Source of the DNA: Phoronis australis
Taxonomy: Eukaryota; Animalia; Phoronida
DNA length: 64,000 nt
Assembly: GCA_002633005.1 (NCBI GenBank)
Contig: NMRA01000796.1
Span: 18,389-82,388, forward strand
Direction: 5' to 3'
The notes beneath the pieces are model-generated. The model was not told the origin of the DNA, searched no databases, and was given only the letters and a program-made list of their open reading frames with translations. Every line of letters begins with the position of its first letter. Position 1 is the first letter of the stretch. A program made the translations under genes and the position numbers. Shown here one piece after another: positions 25,501 through 40,500 of the stretch.

Positions 25501-28500
25501 CACTCCCACTTGGCTATCACTGAGAAATCTTTTTGCCACAGCAATTTTTCTGCAAATCACGGTACTGTTTAGAAATAAAATGTAAATCTAGTTAACAATC
25601 GACAGTAGATTAATTCTTAGTAATCATTATTTATTTTTCAGAAATAGTTAGTAGGTGGGAGCATAAGATGAAATTTTTAACTAAATCTTCACTTTAGTCA
25701 AGAAACACACCCTAAACCAATGCATACAGTCTGTTGCCATTGTCGAATAAATATGGACTGACCTTGTATTTGGCAAAAAATGGATGCCGTCCACCACTCA
25801 AAGCCATATCTTCATCTCGATCTAACATGCACCGCACGGGGCTTTGTAGCCTAGCAACACAATTATCATTTAAAACAGATATGTTAACTAACAATAGAAG
25901 AATTTGTTAAATGCACGACACTTTTCATTGTTCACAGTCTTTATTCCACTACGTTCGTACTTTCGGAACAAAACTCTACTCTCAACTGAAAATTGATACA
26001 GTAACTGACCTAGCGACATAATTAAAAGACACACGATATTTCGAAACATACTTGTTTCCTTCTCAAGTGAAGATAAAATGACGCAGTAATGCCACCACAG
26101 AGTATAAGCTGACGACACACACAGTGAGACACGGCAGGTGTGAAATACTGCAAAGAATGACTAATGAAGGGGGGTAACAGGAAAGTCACGCAAACAAGTG
26201 TAACGTGCGGCGTGACCCTGTTTGCTGCTCATTCAAAACAGGCTTCTCAAAGGCAATTAAAAGGGACTCTAATACTTTCAAACGCAGCACATCGTGCTCC
26301 ACGTAGCGAATTGACTTGTTTTCCACAATTTCTTGACGGGTGATTTTACGTGCATGGCATTGCAGAAAATAATCTTGAATGGCGCCATTTTGAAGATGCA
26401 TGGATAACCGACGGGAAAGACTGCAAACCATTTGACCAATGTAACATTGTTTGACGTTTGAATGAAGAATTCGTTCATAGGGCATACAAACTCATAAACA
26501 ATACTACACTGTGCAACGGGGCGGACTTTCGCTTTAGAAATGTTATTTTTCATTGACCAAGTTGGAGGACTTCCTATTCCGATAATAAATAATAACATCG
26601 AGGTGATCATCAGGCTTACAAACTTTAACATTGTCCCTTATAATTTTCTTAATGGCGTGTTCGTCCTGGAGGTAATTATTAGACATGACATTTTTGTAAA
26701 ATATCTTTTTGGTGACACCGGTCCGACGTGCAGGGACTTCATAGCTAATTCTGGACACAAATCGCTTAATATAGAAATCCACAAAAGCATTGGTATACCC
26801 ATTATTCACCAGTGTTTGTCTTATGCGATCTACCTCTTGATTGAACAATAGCCAGTTGGACGACACCGAATACACCCTCTTTAGGAAGTTGACCACAACA
26901 GCGACCTTATACCGCTCAGGGCACTCACTTTTGGCGTGGAGACAGAAACCTTTATCAGTAGGCTTGTGGCAAACTGATGTAGAAAATTCAGATGAAGAAT
27001 GGTTCACAAGAACGTCCAAAAACGGAATCTTGTCATTTACAGGAAGCTCGTGGGTAAACTTCAATACAACCGGCAGCCATTACCATACACACACAACTGC
27101 CTAACTGCAACAAGGAACTATTTATCCCATGAACCGGGTATCGCTCAACATATATGCCAAACAAGCAGCTGAATGAAACTACTTTAAACAACAACTACGT
27201 AGTACGCTCTAAACTCAACTAATAGATACACACGAGTACAAAATGCTATGCCATAATACTCAGAACTTACAACAGTTTGGCCGACAGTCTGTGCTTAATC
27301 TAAAAATTCCAGCATCCGAGGAAGACACGATTGGTGTTACAGATCTTGTCAATCAACGAATGCCGCTATACACGAGAAACGCTAGTCACCAAAAACCCGT
27401 GTAACATACAGAGGCTAATACGTAATAATATCCGACCGGTCAAGCTACTATTAGACTATGCAAATGCTATATAGTAACCACTGGAATGAACCGGCTTACT
27501 AAAACAAACCAAATCACAGCGGAAAGATGTACTGCTATCTATAAAGAACATAAACACCGTAAGTACAAGAACCAGTGACAATAATGATGCCCAGCATCAA
27601 CAAATATTGTTCGGCAACTTGAAACTGTGGTGGTATCTACTTAGTCATTAGATTTGTACACTGTGACATCATGGTGGTGTCTACTTAGTCATTAGATTTG
27701 TACACTGTGACATCGTGGTGGACAGTCATTCAATATGAGGAACACTGATCTACCCTCTTTCATGTGGAGCAGGGGAATTACCGCATTAGCAATGACTTCA
27801 GGACAATATAATACTGACTGAAATGAATTAGTTATCATGGACTGAGACTTGCGATTTTTCAATCTGTTTGATTTCTGAAACTTTATTTGGGTGTGTATAC
27901 GAGTTAATTGTATTTGTTAAGTATGATGTGCAGTTCTTTTAAACATTAGCACAACCCTCAGAAATCCCTTTCGCATTATATCCAGGTTCTCATTTCACTC
28001 CGTTGAGAGACAACTTAGTTTGCATAACGCTCTACTGTCTGCCACTGTTAGCCAAAACATGAATCCCAGTCACCCAAGTGGTAGTCTGGAACTCAAACCA
28101 ACGAGCCAGAGTGTTCTTATTGTACAATCATTGTATGTATTGCGTACTATGTGAATACTAAGTAATGGGCAAAGCGTGTTTCAATTATGATTGCATTTCA
28201 ATACCAATAGAGAAGGTCAGTAGAACTTACTTATTGGCTGCAACAGTTGTAGCCAAGAGTAGAGGAAGGTAACGTGTCTGCTTGCCGCCAAATGCACCTC
28301 CCATCCGTTTAACTTTCACAACTATCCGGTTTGAGGGAATAGCCAGTGCTTCAGCAATCGCCTCCTGTAGGACGTTGAGAGAAACAATGCTGTTACACAC
28401 GAGACATGTTTATGATATTATCAGTGTTTTTTAGGTTTCGGCAACAATTACACAAAATTTAAAATATGTTACAATTACGGTAGACCCAAACCACCTTAAT

Positions 28501-31500
28501 TTAGTGACATTCTGTATTTTGAACCTGAATTCAACTGCAGTAAAACTCACCTGTGCATCAGATGGACTCTGTGTTGAACAATACACCTCCATCTCATCTT
28601 CCTCCTTGGGCACCACAATACAGGCTTGAGTCTCCAGGTAAAAATGTTCTTGTCCTTGCAGTCTTACTTCACCCTCCATAGTGTAGTCAGCTTGGTGGAA
28701 GCCATTCAACACATCACCCGACTTTAGAGTTAGTGATGGTTCGTAGAAACTCTTGGCCTCAATTGCTTGCTAAACAAAGATGTATGACACAAAAAGTTTT
28801 TTTAAATCTGACTTCGAATGAAATTTTTAATGTTTGCTCTCAGTGTTACATAGTCCTAATTTAGTTAATATGTTTCCGAGCAGGTTCTTATCGACACAGT
28901 AGGTTAGAAGGTGTTGCCACACATTCAAAACAAAGGTCAACGAACTCTGTTTAGAGAGTTTAATTTTATGCAAGAGACGTAACTCACAGAATTAACTTTA
29001 ATTCTTTCATGGAATTAGAGATTTCAAATGAAATTCACATATTTCAGAAATAGATACCAGATTTTAATATTTCTGGTTGATTGCCAGAAATTGAAGACAC
29101 ATCCCATGAAAATAGTTACCCACAATTAATTATTTTGGCAATAACTCAATCTGTGGCCATTTTGCTGACAGACAGGTGATTGCACAAAATTCATTCACTC
29201 TGAAGGTGGCAGTCATTTTTGGGTTTCTGATAATTGAGAAAATGGCCCGTAGCTAGTTGTTCAGATAAAACAAGCTGCAACATATTATTAAGAGCTGTTC
29301 CAGCAAAATCCACATAGGAGGGGGGGGGCGGTAGTTGAAAAAAAATGTGGGTGATTGTCTTTTGAAGAGAATTTAAATTATGGGATGTCCTTCTTGGAAG
29401 AAGTAAAGCATTATTGTGGGTGGTACTTTTTGTCCTGTAAATCAATGTTGACAGGTGGGTACTTTCAGCCAAACACCAACCTTAATACCCTCTCAAAAGA
29501 AATCCAAACTCACCAAAACTTCACTTGGCAGATATCCACAAACAAAAAATTTAAACAAGCCCATGTTGCTAGTGTACAGAGTGCAATATGTACACTATGT
29601 CGTTGCTCAAGTCGTGGGCAACTTGATTACAGGCACATGTTGTACTCTCATATTAGAATGATTCAAAATTACTGCAACACTTAAACTGGTGTTAACACAT
29701 CTAGGAAAATTGATGAAGTATGAAAAAGTATGAGGAGTCAGACAAGTTCCCATATTCACTTGGCATAGCAGTCTGAAAGCGTTCATGGAGACGGTTTGAG
29801 AGGCGTAGATCCATGAAACTGAAAAATATGGTGGGAAGAGACACCTGGTGGCTGCGTAAAATATTGCTCACAGGCGTTTTCAAACCAAGTTTCTGGTAAC
29901 TGGTATGAGTTATGATCTCACATGAAATTTTTCTGCACTCACAAAAATTTTGTGGTCGCCAATAGTCGGCATCCCGTCCATCCGTTCGTCGTTGGCCGCG
30001 TTACTTTTTGACAAGACAGGTTGATTATCTCAAACAGCGCATTTTACATTTTCAACCTAATTAAAAATTATGGGTCATCGGTTGTAGAAATAGAAAAAAA
30101 ATATGGGCGGTGGGTAAAAAATGAAAATGCTCCCGCCCCGTCCCATACATTTACTGGAACAGCCCTAAGCGAGTAAGTGTTACAGTAATTTCCAGAAAAA
30201 TTTCAAATCAATGATGGGGATCTGTCTTGAAATAGCTAGGATGTTACTTTCAAGAACCCAAGTCCCTCGTTTTCACATTCTTCGTTTACCCACCAAAATG
30301 ATACCAAATATATCATAAAGTCAGTCTGTCAGTACCTTAGGCAATACTTAAGAACTGAATGCAAAATGACCACCCAAGGCGTTACCTAAGAGGACAGAAT
30401 GTTAACTCGAATTGGGGAGTCACTCTGGATTATATTTCTCAGGATGCTACTAGCTTTTTTATTTCATTTTGCCATTTGAACTAATCTTTAAGCATGATAA
30501 ATAGTCAAATATATCTGTAAATTAATGCAGCCAGATACCTCAATGGTGATAATTGGTGTTCCATCCTCAAGGTCTTGGTATTGTATCTTGACAACATTAG
30601 CAGCTCTTCGTGCATGTGTTTGAGTATCAGCCACAATAGCACCAATAATCTGTCCCATACACGTCACCTGTAACAAGTCATTGGTCAGCTAAGTAACCTA
30701 CTAATTACAGGTAATTCTGCGTCCGTAACTGTCATTCTTTTACTCATTGAATACACTCAGGTGAATTGAATTACATTTGCCAACCTTTGACATTTGTTCG
30801 CACATCATCAAGATTGAAAAATATAAATCGGTAAATAAAACAACAAGAATGAATCAACTGAAATTTGAAATTTTCGGATGTAATAACTTCCTTTGTCAAC
30901 AAAAACAGGAGAAAAAAATTTCAAGCGAATCGACTCAAAAACTGCTGAAAGCATTAAAAAATCAAAAGTCCTGAAAACTAATGAAAAAATTTGACTTTTA
31001 ATTGAAATGGGCTTATCTACGGAAAATCCCGGTACAACCTAAAATTAAGACAACTGGCATCAATTTTGTGTTTCGTGATTTTGAAGTTTGGCACTAAAGG
31101 TAAAGCATATTTCATGAAATTGTGTCATTCTCAACTTACTTGTGTCTCACATGTACATCCAACTTCAAACCTCCAAACAACTGAAGCGACCAAATGCAAT
31201 ATATCTAAAAAACACCGAACAAAGATGCCCTGCACCAGGCAGAGGCAACATGCAATGTCTTGTGAACCATTATATTTTTGATGCATCATGACTCACGACT
31301 TGTGAAGATCTAAAAAAGATATATTATTAAATTCAACTGCACATGGGCTCCTTTCTTAGTGGTGCAGGACATGGCAAGTACAGTTGCTAGTCAATACAAA
31401 CCATGTCTTCAGCAAAAATATCTTCATCTTTTACCATTGGGCCATACTTGTTTGACCCAGGCACATCTTGATGACATACGAAAGTGTGTACCCCCGGCAT

Positions 31501-34500
31501 GGCTAAAGCCTCCTGGGTATCAATGTCAACAATGCGAGCCAGTGGACGTGTGCTCAGAACAAGCGCCAAGTATAGCTCTCCTGAAATAAAAATTTTTTAG
31601 ATCAAAAGCTATAAAAACTATTAAGTTACCACAGTGACTTCAATTTCTGCAAATACACACAAGTCTAAATAACCAACCAGTAACTAGTCTTTGGCATTTG
31701 GTCACTGAAACAGCCTCTTTTGACATTTTTTTATACAATCAAGTTTATTTTATCTGGCATTTGGTAATAGAACCAGTCTATTTCCATCCATCTCATCCAT
31801 GAAACAACTTTGTTTAATTTGAAGAAACAGTATCTACACAACAGCTTTAATAAGGAAAATGAACACTTAAGAAGTGACAAAGTGCAATCCTGTAGATTGG
31901 ATGAAAGGGACTAGCTGCCCTCTGGTGTTGGAACTCATAAACACAACATTCCTGTTCAGGGTACATTCTTCAGCTTGAAAATATCTCAAACACAAAAATG
32001 CTTAATCCAAATGACGAGTCAATAATCCATCATGGAGCATGCTTGAAGCTTCTGAGTCTCTGCATAATGTCAAAAATGGTGTATTCACTGAACAGCTGGT
32101 CAATGTATTTTACCTTCCATCTTTGGTATATCATCACAGTAAATTGCCTCCCCTGTCACATGACGCTCTGCACATGCATGAGGAACTGGTTTTCCAACAG
32201 AATCACTGGTGCTGAGACCACTAGAGGGCTCTTCAAACACTTGTGAGCCCTTTGAGGTTCCTCTGACAAATGTTGAAGTTGCACTCTTGAAAGATGAAAG
32301 CGGTTTGACATCATCATCCTAAAATATACCACAGCTATGAGCAACTTACTGACAAAATATTAAAAGCATGTGACAAAAAGACAAGGAACACATTTCCCAG
32401 ATGCAAATGATTTGCACAGGAATTTCAGAGTTAGTTTTATAGCAAATTTTTATATTACTTTGAAAACCAAACCAAAGCCTGTTTTCCAGTCACCCAGTCA
32501 TTAATTGTACCAATTATCAATGACGACCAGACAAACTGGATGAGCAAGTCAGTTAGACGCACCTACCAGAAGGACACAACTTACTGTTCAACTAAAGTGA
32601 CAAAACAACCAAATACTTGACACACTTCCTATATTGTACTTCAAATGCAGTACCTGACAATAACAAGCAAGTATGGTTGGAACAAACTATCATATTTTTT
32701 GTTACTTTTTTAATACGAAAATAATTGCCAAAACTGTTTACTTTTCAAACACCGAATACCTTCGCTCAAAATAATGGCAACTTACAACTCATACAATTAT
32801 TTCATGAAATAAACACCGTATGCACTTTAAGTTTTTTAAATTAGAACACAATATGGCAGAATAGTAAACTTTATATTATTATTATTTATTACTAATTAAC
32901 AAAAATTTCAACAAGAGTAAACAAGAAAACAATTTATTTGTAATTATTATTTGTAAACTTTATATAGCACAGTGGTTATCAACAAATACGCAATGAAATT
33001 TTAGCAACAAAGTGAGCGTTTGAAAAATGGTTTATTGGGTTATAATTTTTGTTTGAATCTAGGGAAACTTTACGGTAACTAAGCTAACATCATTTCTAAA
33101 ATCTATTAGTCTAATATTCACACATACGTCTAGATTATTTACATTCATTTGGCATGATGTTTCAGCCAGTCATTCCTCTGGCCATCTTCAGGAGTTACAG
33201 CATTCTTAGAAGAACACAAACTGGTACGTGGTACACTCATGGTGGTTAATGATGGGCACTTTCTTTGAGAATCAGCCCACGTTGGACTTGAACCATAGAC
33301 CTTTCAGTTATCAGTCCAACTCTCTCCCCACTAGACCATTGAGTCACCCACGGAAGTGTACCACACACCTGCAGTCATGCTATTAAGAATGCTGCAACAC
33401 TAGAATATGGCCGTACACTTGACTGACTGAAATACCGATGCCAGTATAATTAGACTACTAGACTGTTAAGAATCGTCAGTCTAGCAAATAGACAAGAAAC
33501 TAAACATATATCACCACCTCGAAACAGTTTGAGGAAGTCAAAACCAAACTAGTGATCGATTAAAATTTCTTATTCTTTATTTTTCATAAGGCGCTACCTC
33601 GCGTTTCCCAACCAGACACCATGATCACTGCTTCTCAACAGCTGGGTATACAATTGGCACTTAGGCACACTAGTACTTTTTATAACTGGGCCAGGCTTCT
33701 TTCGTTTGCAGATTCAGAACAGAGAATATGAGTCAGAGAAAAGTGCAGTCTGGTTGTGGCAACATTCTCTCCAAACTATTTGACACAACGGAACATAAAA
33801 ACTAAATCATTGATTGAAAATGGAACTTTTTCGTTACTTTTTAATATTGGAAAAGACAACCTGGTGATTTTCATAGCCTTCACATTTGATTAGTTATTTA
33901 CACACACCAGATATCGAGACATCTCTAGCTGAACAGTGAGGAAGAACTTGAAGAACAAGCTTGCAGCCAATGTCCGTCGATACTCAGTCATACCACCAGG
34001 TGCCCCCGCTGGCAATGGTAAGTCTTCAGCCAGCCAAGTACAAACATGTCCGACCAACTGGTCTGTCCACTTCCTGTCAGTAAAGATTACAAACAAAACA
34101 TAACAATGTATAACTATGCAACTTTAGTGCTACATAAACATTCAAAAGATATTCGGTGAGTAGGAAAATTGAATCCAATTAAAGTATTTTTACACTGGGT
34201 ATTAATGAAAAAACACTGAAAGGGAGGCAAATGAAAAAAACATAGAAAACATTTTGTACTTGAAAACTGAAAAATGGAGGAACAGGTGAAAATCCAAGTA
34301 AAGCTATATTCAAAATAATTTCCAGAAATAAAGAAGTTATTAAGTGCAACATCTTATCATAAAACAATGCTGATGAATTGTTTCAGAAAACAAACACAGC
34401 AAAGTAAATCATTTTGCCAAGTTAAAACATCTGGGAAAACATAATACCTACTGTCCAACAAGACTTTCTGCAGTTTTTGTCGCCATGACGGTGTACGGTG

Positions 34501-37500
34501 CCATACCGCCAAATGCAAGCGATGCCTCCCTGACAACATTCGTTCCCTCTTCACACAACACTCTCATAGCTGCATTCACGATGGCTACGTCATTCTCACG
34601 ACGTTGAGCTTGCTTGTAACCATGGAAGAACTCAAACTGGACACACGAAGAGGGATAGACCAGTCACAACTAAGAAGGCAGCACTGTTGTCAGCACACAG
34701 GACAAGTCATAATTAAGGTAGGGACAACAAACATTTTAAGGAATTTGACTCCACCTGATTTATTTTAGGAGGAATTTGACTATTTTTTATTTGATTCATG
34801 TTTGCAAAATTAACTATTATTTTTTCAAATATAAAAAATTAACTTTAATTCCACTTTAGCAAACAAAATTGTTAAACTATGATAACATTCCTAGTAAAGA
34901 ATGATCCTGAGCTGTTTCTCTGTACACTCATCACAAGAGTTCCGTACCCTCAGTTCCCAATGCCCAAACTTTAATTTCTTTTATCTTCGAACTTTAAAAA
35001 GTGTCTCTAATGAAAGGACAAAAAGTGACCCTTATAGAGACTTATACACTATGAAGGGGACTAAGCATTAAAGTTGGACAATGTTTTACACAATATAAAA
35101 TATCTATGAGTTTGATAAGGTCTGAAACCACAGTCACTAGTGCTTATTAATAATTGAACATCACATTGTAAATATGAGTGAGGTATCAATTATTATAATA
35201 AATTACTAACCTTTCTTGTGAAAGGAATAAATAAGCTGATCATGACCTCATCTGCTTTGACAACAGTAGTTCGATACCCCACAAAAAACTTTGAGTCCAT
35301 TTGAATGACCCTCTTTCCACCTTCTGGAAAACAGATTTCACACTGAGTTTCAATAAACAAGTCACATGACATGGACTACTGTCCTCTCATCACTTGCCAT
35401 AATCAATAAAACATCTGACCCTGCATTTCCAGTTTTTATTTCAGGCTTCTGATATTGATTACAATATATCATGTAGCTAGTACCAATTATTTAGTAAACA
35501 TTTTAAAGAAGTTTAATATTCAACTTTTAAAGCTTATTAATTTCACTCTGTTTAGCTGGCTCACAACCAATGGGAATAAGGTCTTTTGCTCTCACTCATA
35601 CAATCAGAATGATATAATATTTCTTCGATAGAGTTCTATTTCCATTGCCAACAAGAACAACAAAACCATCAATGAGTCAAAAAATTGCTATTGCATCAGA
35701 GTTTATTGACTAGTTGGCGTTGCTCTTGTTGGTAACGGAAATAGAATCCTATTATAGAGAGAAGTGTTTTGAAACTGATTATAAGAGAGCAAAAGGCTCA
35801 ATTTGACTTTTATTTTAGCCAGCTAAGAAAGGCATGAAGCAGCTTTACTGAAAGTCACATAAACATGGCCAAAACGTGCAAGACACCAGTCCTTCAGTTA
35901 ACAGCTTAATAATTAGAAAGTTTCATGTCAGTAATTGTCTACAAAATCTGATGGAGGTAGTTGCCAAATAAGATTAAGGAATACTTAAAATTTCACCCCA
36001 AGTTCAAAGACACACAACTTACAGTTGCAATTGCTGATTAGCTAAGGGATACTCTCCTATAAAAACCTAGTACTGGTCATATTTTGCCTAGGTTGATTAA
36101 TTTGGCTTTACGGTAAATATCTAAGACTAGTGAATTAACTTTGTGGCGATGGGAGTGTAAATAATTTTTGGATTGTTTCTAACATTGTCTCAGCTTTGGT
36201 TTTCCACATTATGCACATTTTATTTGGTTAACTTTGCACTTTCAATGAGCTGTGCACCGCCTACCCAACATTTACAGTCTCCGTGTGAATAGAGGAACAT
36301 CTGAGAAGACAGGTACTGAATTAGATGTCAATCACACAAAATAGGACGAGTCCTACCTTTTGAAATGACAGTCAAGGAGCATCCAGCAGCCATAAAGAGA
36401 GTGTTGAGGTCAGAGATGGGACTTGCAGTCATGATGTTGCCTGCTATTGCCTAAATGAACACAAATATTATTCTTAGACAAACGTACTGTGTTTTGAATT
36501 GACAATAGCGCAGACTCACGGGACATAGCACACGTTCCGAGCATGTTCTGTTTGAAAAGTAAAGGAATTATTATGTATTTTGACTATGTTGAACATTCTG
36601 TTGCTGCGTTATTGTATTTGAGAGAGGATGTCAGTTAATGAACAGAAAATTCATATCAAATTAAAATCTGTTGACAGCATTTTCTTAGTAAAGAACTGAG
36701 CATAAAAGAATTGAAACGCAGTGAGAAAAACACACTGAGTAAGAAAGAGATACGGTAAAGTCGTGTAATTTTCGGACACTGAAAATTAATAGAAAAAAAA
36801 AATTTCATTCTTGGACGAATCTCGCGAAGCATCATTTTTGTGGTGTCCGAATTTGGCGGACCTTCTCTAATTTGGATTTCCGCGCTAGTGTCCGAATTTC
36901 GTGGGTGTACATTATTTCGACGAGTGGTCGTAGTATCAACATTGCTGGCTCGGTCATTTGATAGCAGTATAATTGCAGGTCAGTGAGACTCAAATATGGT
37001 CTGCGAGATTAATTTTTGAAAATCTGGCTTTCCCAATAAGAAATGTGCGTTGTCGACGCACAAAGACCGTTCCCGGCAAGTGTTAGTTCTTCTTTTCAAA
37101 GATGCGCTTTCTCAATATGAAATATTCGGCTGGCATTGCCGATGCTCAAAAACTTAAATGAAAAAGGGGCACTGTGAGACAAAGAACTTCTGTTACAATC
37201 TGTTGATGACAGTTTCTAATTAAGTTTCTTATTATAAGTAAAGACTGAACTGACTGTGAAAGAATTGAGCTGCGCTGAGGAAAAAATACAAGAGGAAAGG
37301 AGAAAAAATGACGCTGTTAATGAGAACACCGAGTTGGGATGTAAGGGTGGAGGATATTGTCTATGGTGACACGATACAAACGGAAGAACATAGCAGAGAG
37401 TAATCTCATCAAAGTGGTGAGAACATAGGCATGCTCTGCCCTAAAACCTAATAGTCAGCAACATATTATGCAGGAACCTGCCTGGTTATTAAACAGTTTA

Positions 37501-40500
37501 TTACTACAGTGAGGCAATACAATGAGGATCTCCTATAGCTACACCACTAGGCATCTGATCAAGTTGACTTCCATGAGTGAACATTCACACCATCTGATCA
37601 AGTTGACTTCCATGAGTGAACATTCACGCCATCAGATCAAGTTGACTTCCATGAGTGAACATTCACGCCATCAGATCAAGTTGACTTCCATGAGTGAACA
37701 TTGACGCCATCAGATCACACACTGAACAATTTAAACAATTGACCTTCCCAGGCTGTCTCCTATCTGGGGTATGATCACTGCTCCTGCACATTAGTGTGGT
37801 GACTAATCTGGGGATTGAACTTGTACATAGTATGATGTTTTCATTGTAAAGATGCTGCAGTTCAGAAGAAGATTAAGAACTTACAGAAACATTGCGGATC
37901 TGATGACCAGCAAACCAACGCAACATCTCAATTATGGCTAGAAATGTTCTGCTCTTCCACTCTGCAAAATTTACAAGAAAAGACATTGAAAAAACGTCTT
38001 GTCGTATACGATAGTAATTCAAAAACATGATTGCCAGTTAATTTACATGCGTTGGCATCAGTCAGCCTCGAGGACCTCACAGAGAAAGTGAAGGTCTTCA
38101 AATTTGTGGTAGTATAACTAGGGATACAAACCCAGGCGTCAACAATGCACTCTACTGCTCAATATGTACTTTACCAGACAAAAGCAACGTGGAGCGTCGA
38201 AATACGCCCACGAATGCATTGAAAAAGGTGTGCTTCAAGGGTGTTTATTTGTATCATTAAAATGGCCACTAGATAGTGCAAAATACTTCGAATCCGTCAA
38301 AAAAACTGAAAAATGTCACCATTTTTTAACAGAAAGCTATTTACCACATTTCATGAAAATCCGTCAAGAAACTTTTAACAAAATGGAAAAAATGAAATTC
38401 CCACTAGGGAGCAAAACATTCATCAGATCCGTCTGAAAGTTGTCATATAAATACACTTAACTTAATAAACACTCTGCAGAGGGCTTTGGAGATACAGCCA
38501 AGGGCGAAAAAATGCCACAAGGAGGCGCCGCTGTACTTGAAGCCGGAAAATCATCGTCAACCGTCAGCTTCACACTAACAATATATAAGCCAATTTTCAC
38601 AATCATCCCAAGAGTGGTTTGGTTGGCAGAGGGTGGACACCAAAAACACACTAGTAAAAAATGGCCACTAGATGGCGCAAAATACGTTGAATCCGTCTGA
38701 AAACCGGAAGATGTCACCGTTTCTTTAAAAGAAAGCTACAAATTGAACAAATTTCATGAAAATTCGTTGAGGAACTTCATCAGAGAAACAGAGGAAAACA
38801 GCAAAAATGAAATCGCCACTAGGGGACAGTGTTAGTCAGACCCATCTGAAGGTCGTCGACTTCCGTTGTTAACTTCATATAAATACACATGCTAAAGTTA
38901 ATAAAGATCCTGTAGAGAGTTTAGGAGATACAGGTAAGCCTGGGCGCAAAACAAAAACAATAACAAAACTGCCACTAGGAGGTGCCACAGTAGTCGAAGT
39001 CATTGGGAAAACATCGTCAATTGTCCTCTTTGTAGTAAGAACATACATGCCAATTTTCACAATCATCCTTAGAGTGGTTTGGTTGATGGAGTGACAGATG
39101 CCAAAAAGCAGACAGTAAAAATGGCCACTAGGTGGCTCAAAATACCTCGAATTCATCCGAAAACAGGAGGATAGCATCAACTCATTTGTCAGAATAAATA
39201 TAAATTAAGTAATTAGTAAGAATAGATTCATTTTAAGTTGCCCAAAATTTGTGCATATGTACTTTTAAATCATGGGGTCAGACTTGTTGACATGTATTTT
39301 AACGTCAAAATCTATTTTTAGACGGTGTTTACAACTTTGGGTTCTGGGGTCAAAGTACTCTAGAGATTCTAGAATATTCTGAGAACAAATTGTAACAGCC
39401 AATAATATGAGTGGATATGATCATGTGGTTTTTATTAGCTAATCACTAAATAAGTAGAATGTTATATTATGGGCTGAAATCAACAAGATAATTAGATGCG
39501 CTATAGTAGTTGAAGCATAAAGACTTGCTACGGTGTACAGAAGCAATGTACGACAGAGCCATCTTGTGGAAGATTCCAGAAAGGATCTTGGCAAGGGCAA
39601 GGGTTAACGAACAGGAAGTTAACTAAGAGCTTGTCACTTGCATTGTGGGTAGTAAGATACTACCTGAACTGTTGCGTCATCAGCCAGAGACTGTGACCAG
39701 CAAGAAGAATCGCGGGTAGCAGAAATTGCCTGCAAGTGTTGAATCACCAAAGACGGTGACCAGCAAGTACACTGTCGCTATACAGTGTGTGTGTAGTTCG
39801 AAGATTCACCAACAGGACAGACATCCAACAAGTGGAGAGTCCTAGCTTGGATAGCAGATAAGACATTTGATNGGAGTTTTGTCTCGAATACTAGTATTTA
39901 ATACTTTTTCATTATGAATTTACTGCTTTTATTAAAATGGATTATTTTGGAGATAGGCACGTGAGCTTAAGAACGCATATTGTTAGGCATGCTCAAAAAT
40001 AAATATGGTGTTTACCTTCCAAACGGTTACAGGCTGTCCCCAGGACTTTCTCCAACTGTGCTAAAGTGGTGTTTGCACCAACATGGATGCCATTTTCATC
40101 GTGAGTTACACAGTTCAGTTCAGACACAATAACTGGACTAATGAGAACTGGGTAGTGATGATTCTTCTTCTTCATCTCAACACCTGACAAAGTACAAGCA
40201 GGAAACATATTTTACACTGAAGCAGTAATTGATTTATTTTGGACAGAATTACCCAAAATTTTCATTTTTTACTTTATTTCCTACAGCAGCTTACTACAAT
40301 TACTGTAAAATTAAATAAATTTAAATGACTCATAAAACTGGCATATTAGGCAAGAAATTCAGTTTTGTGCCTCAAAAGTTGCTATTGACTAGCTCCGAAT
40401 CGAATAGGAACTTTACCTGTTATTTTATGACATTACACACTACAAACCAAGCTCAGTGATAGTAGCCTAAAATTTTCGATCTGATATAGTGTTCGTTAAA

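Noticed and set aside
30531-30538. Donor GTATCTGG as a third U12 intron
   Set aside because: Diverges from GTATCCTT after position 5, and no TCCTTAAC-like branch site precedes the acceptor at 28770.
37522-37704. ORF with repeated [12 protein letters not shown] peptide
   Set aside because: Translation of a 39-bp intronic minisatellite; no gene evidence.
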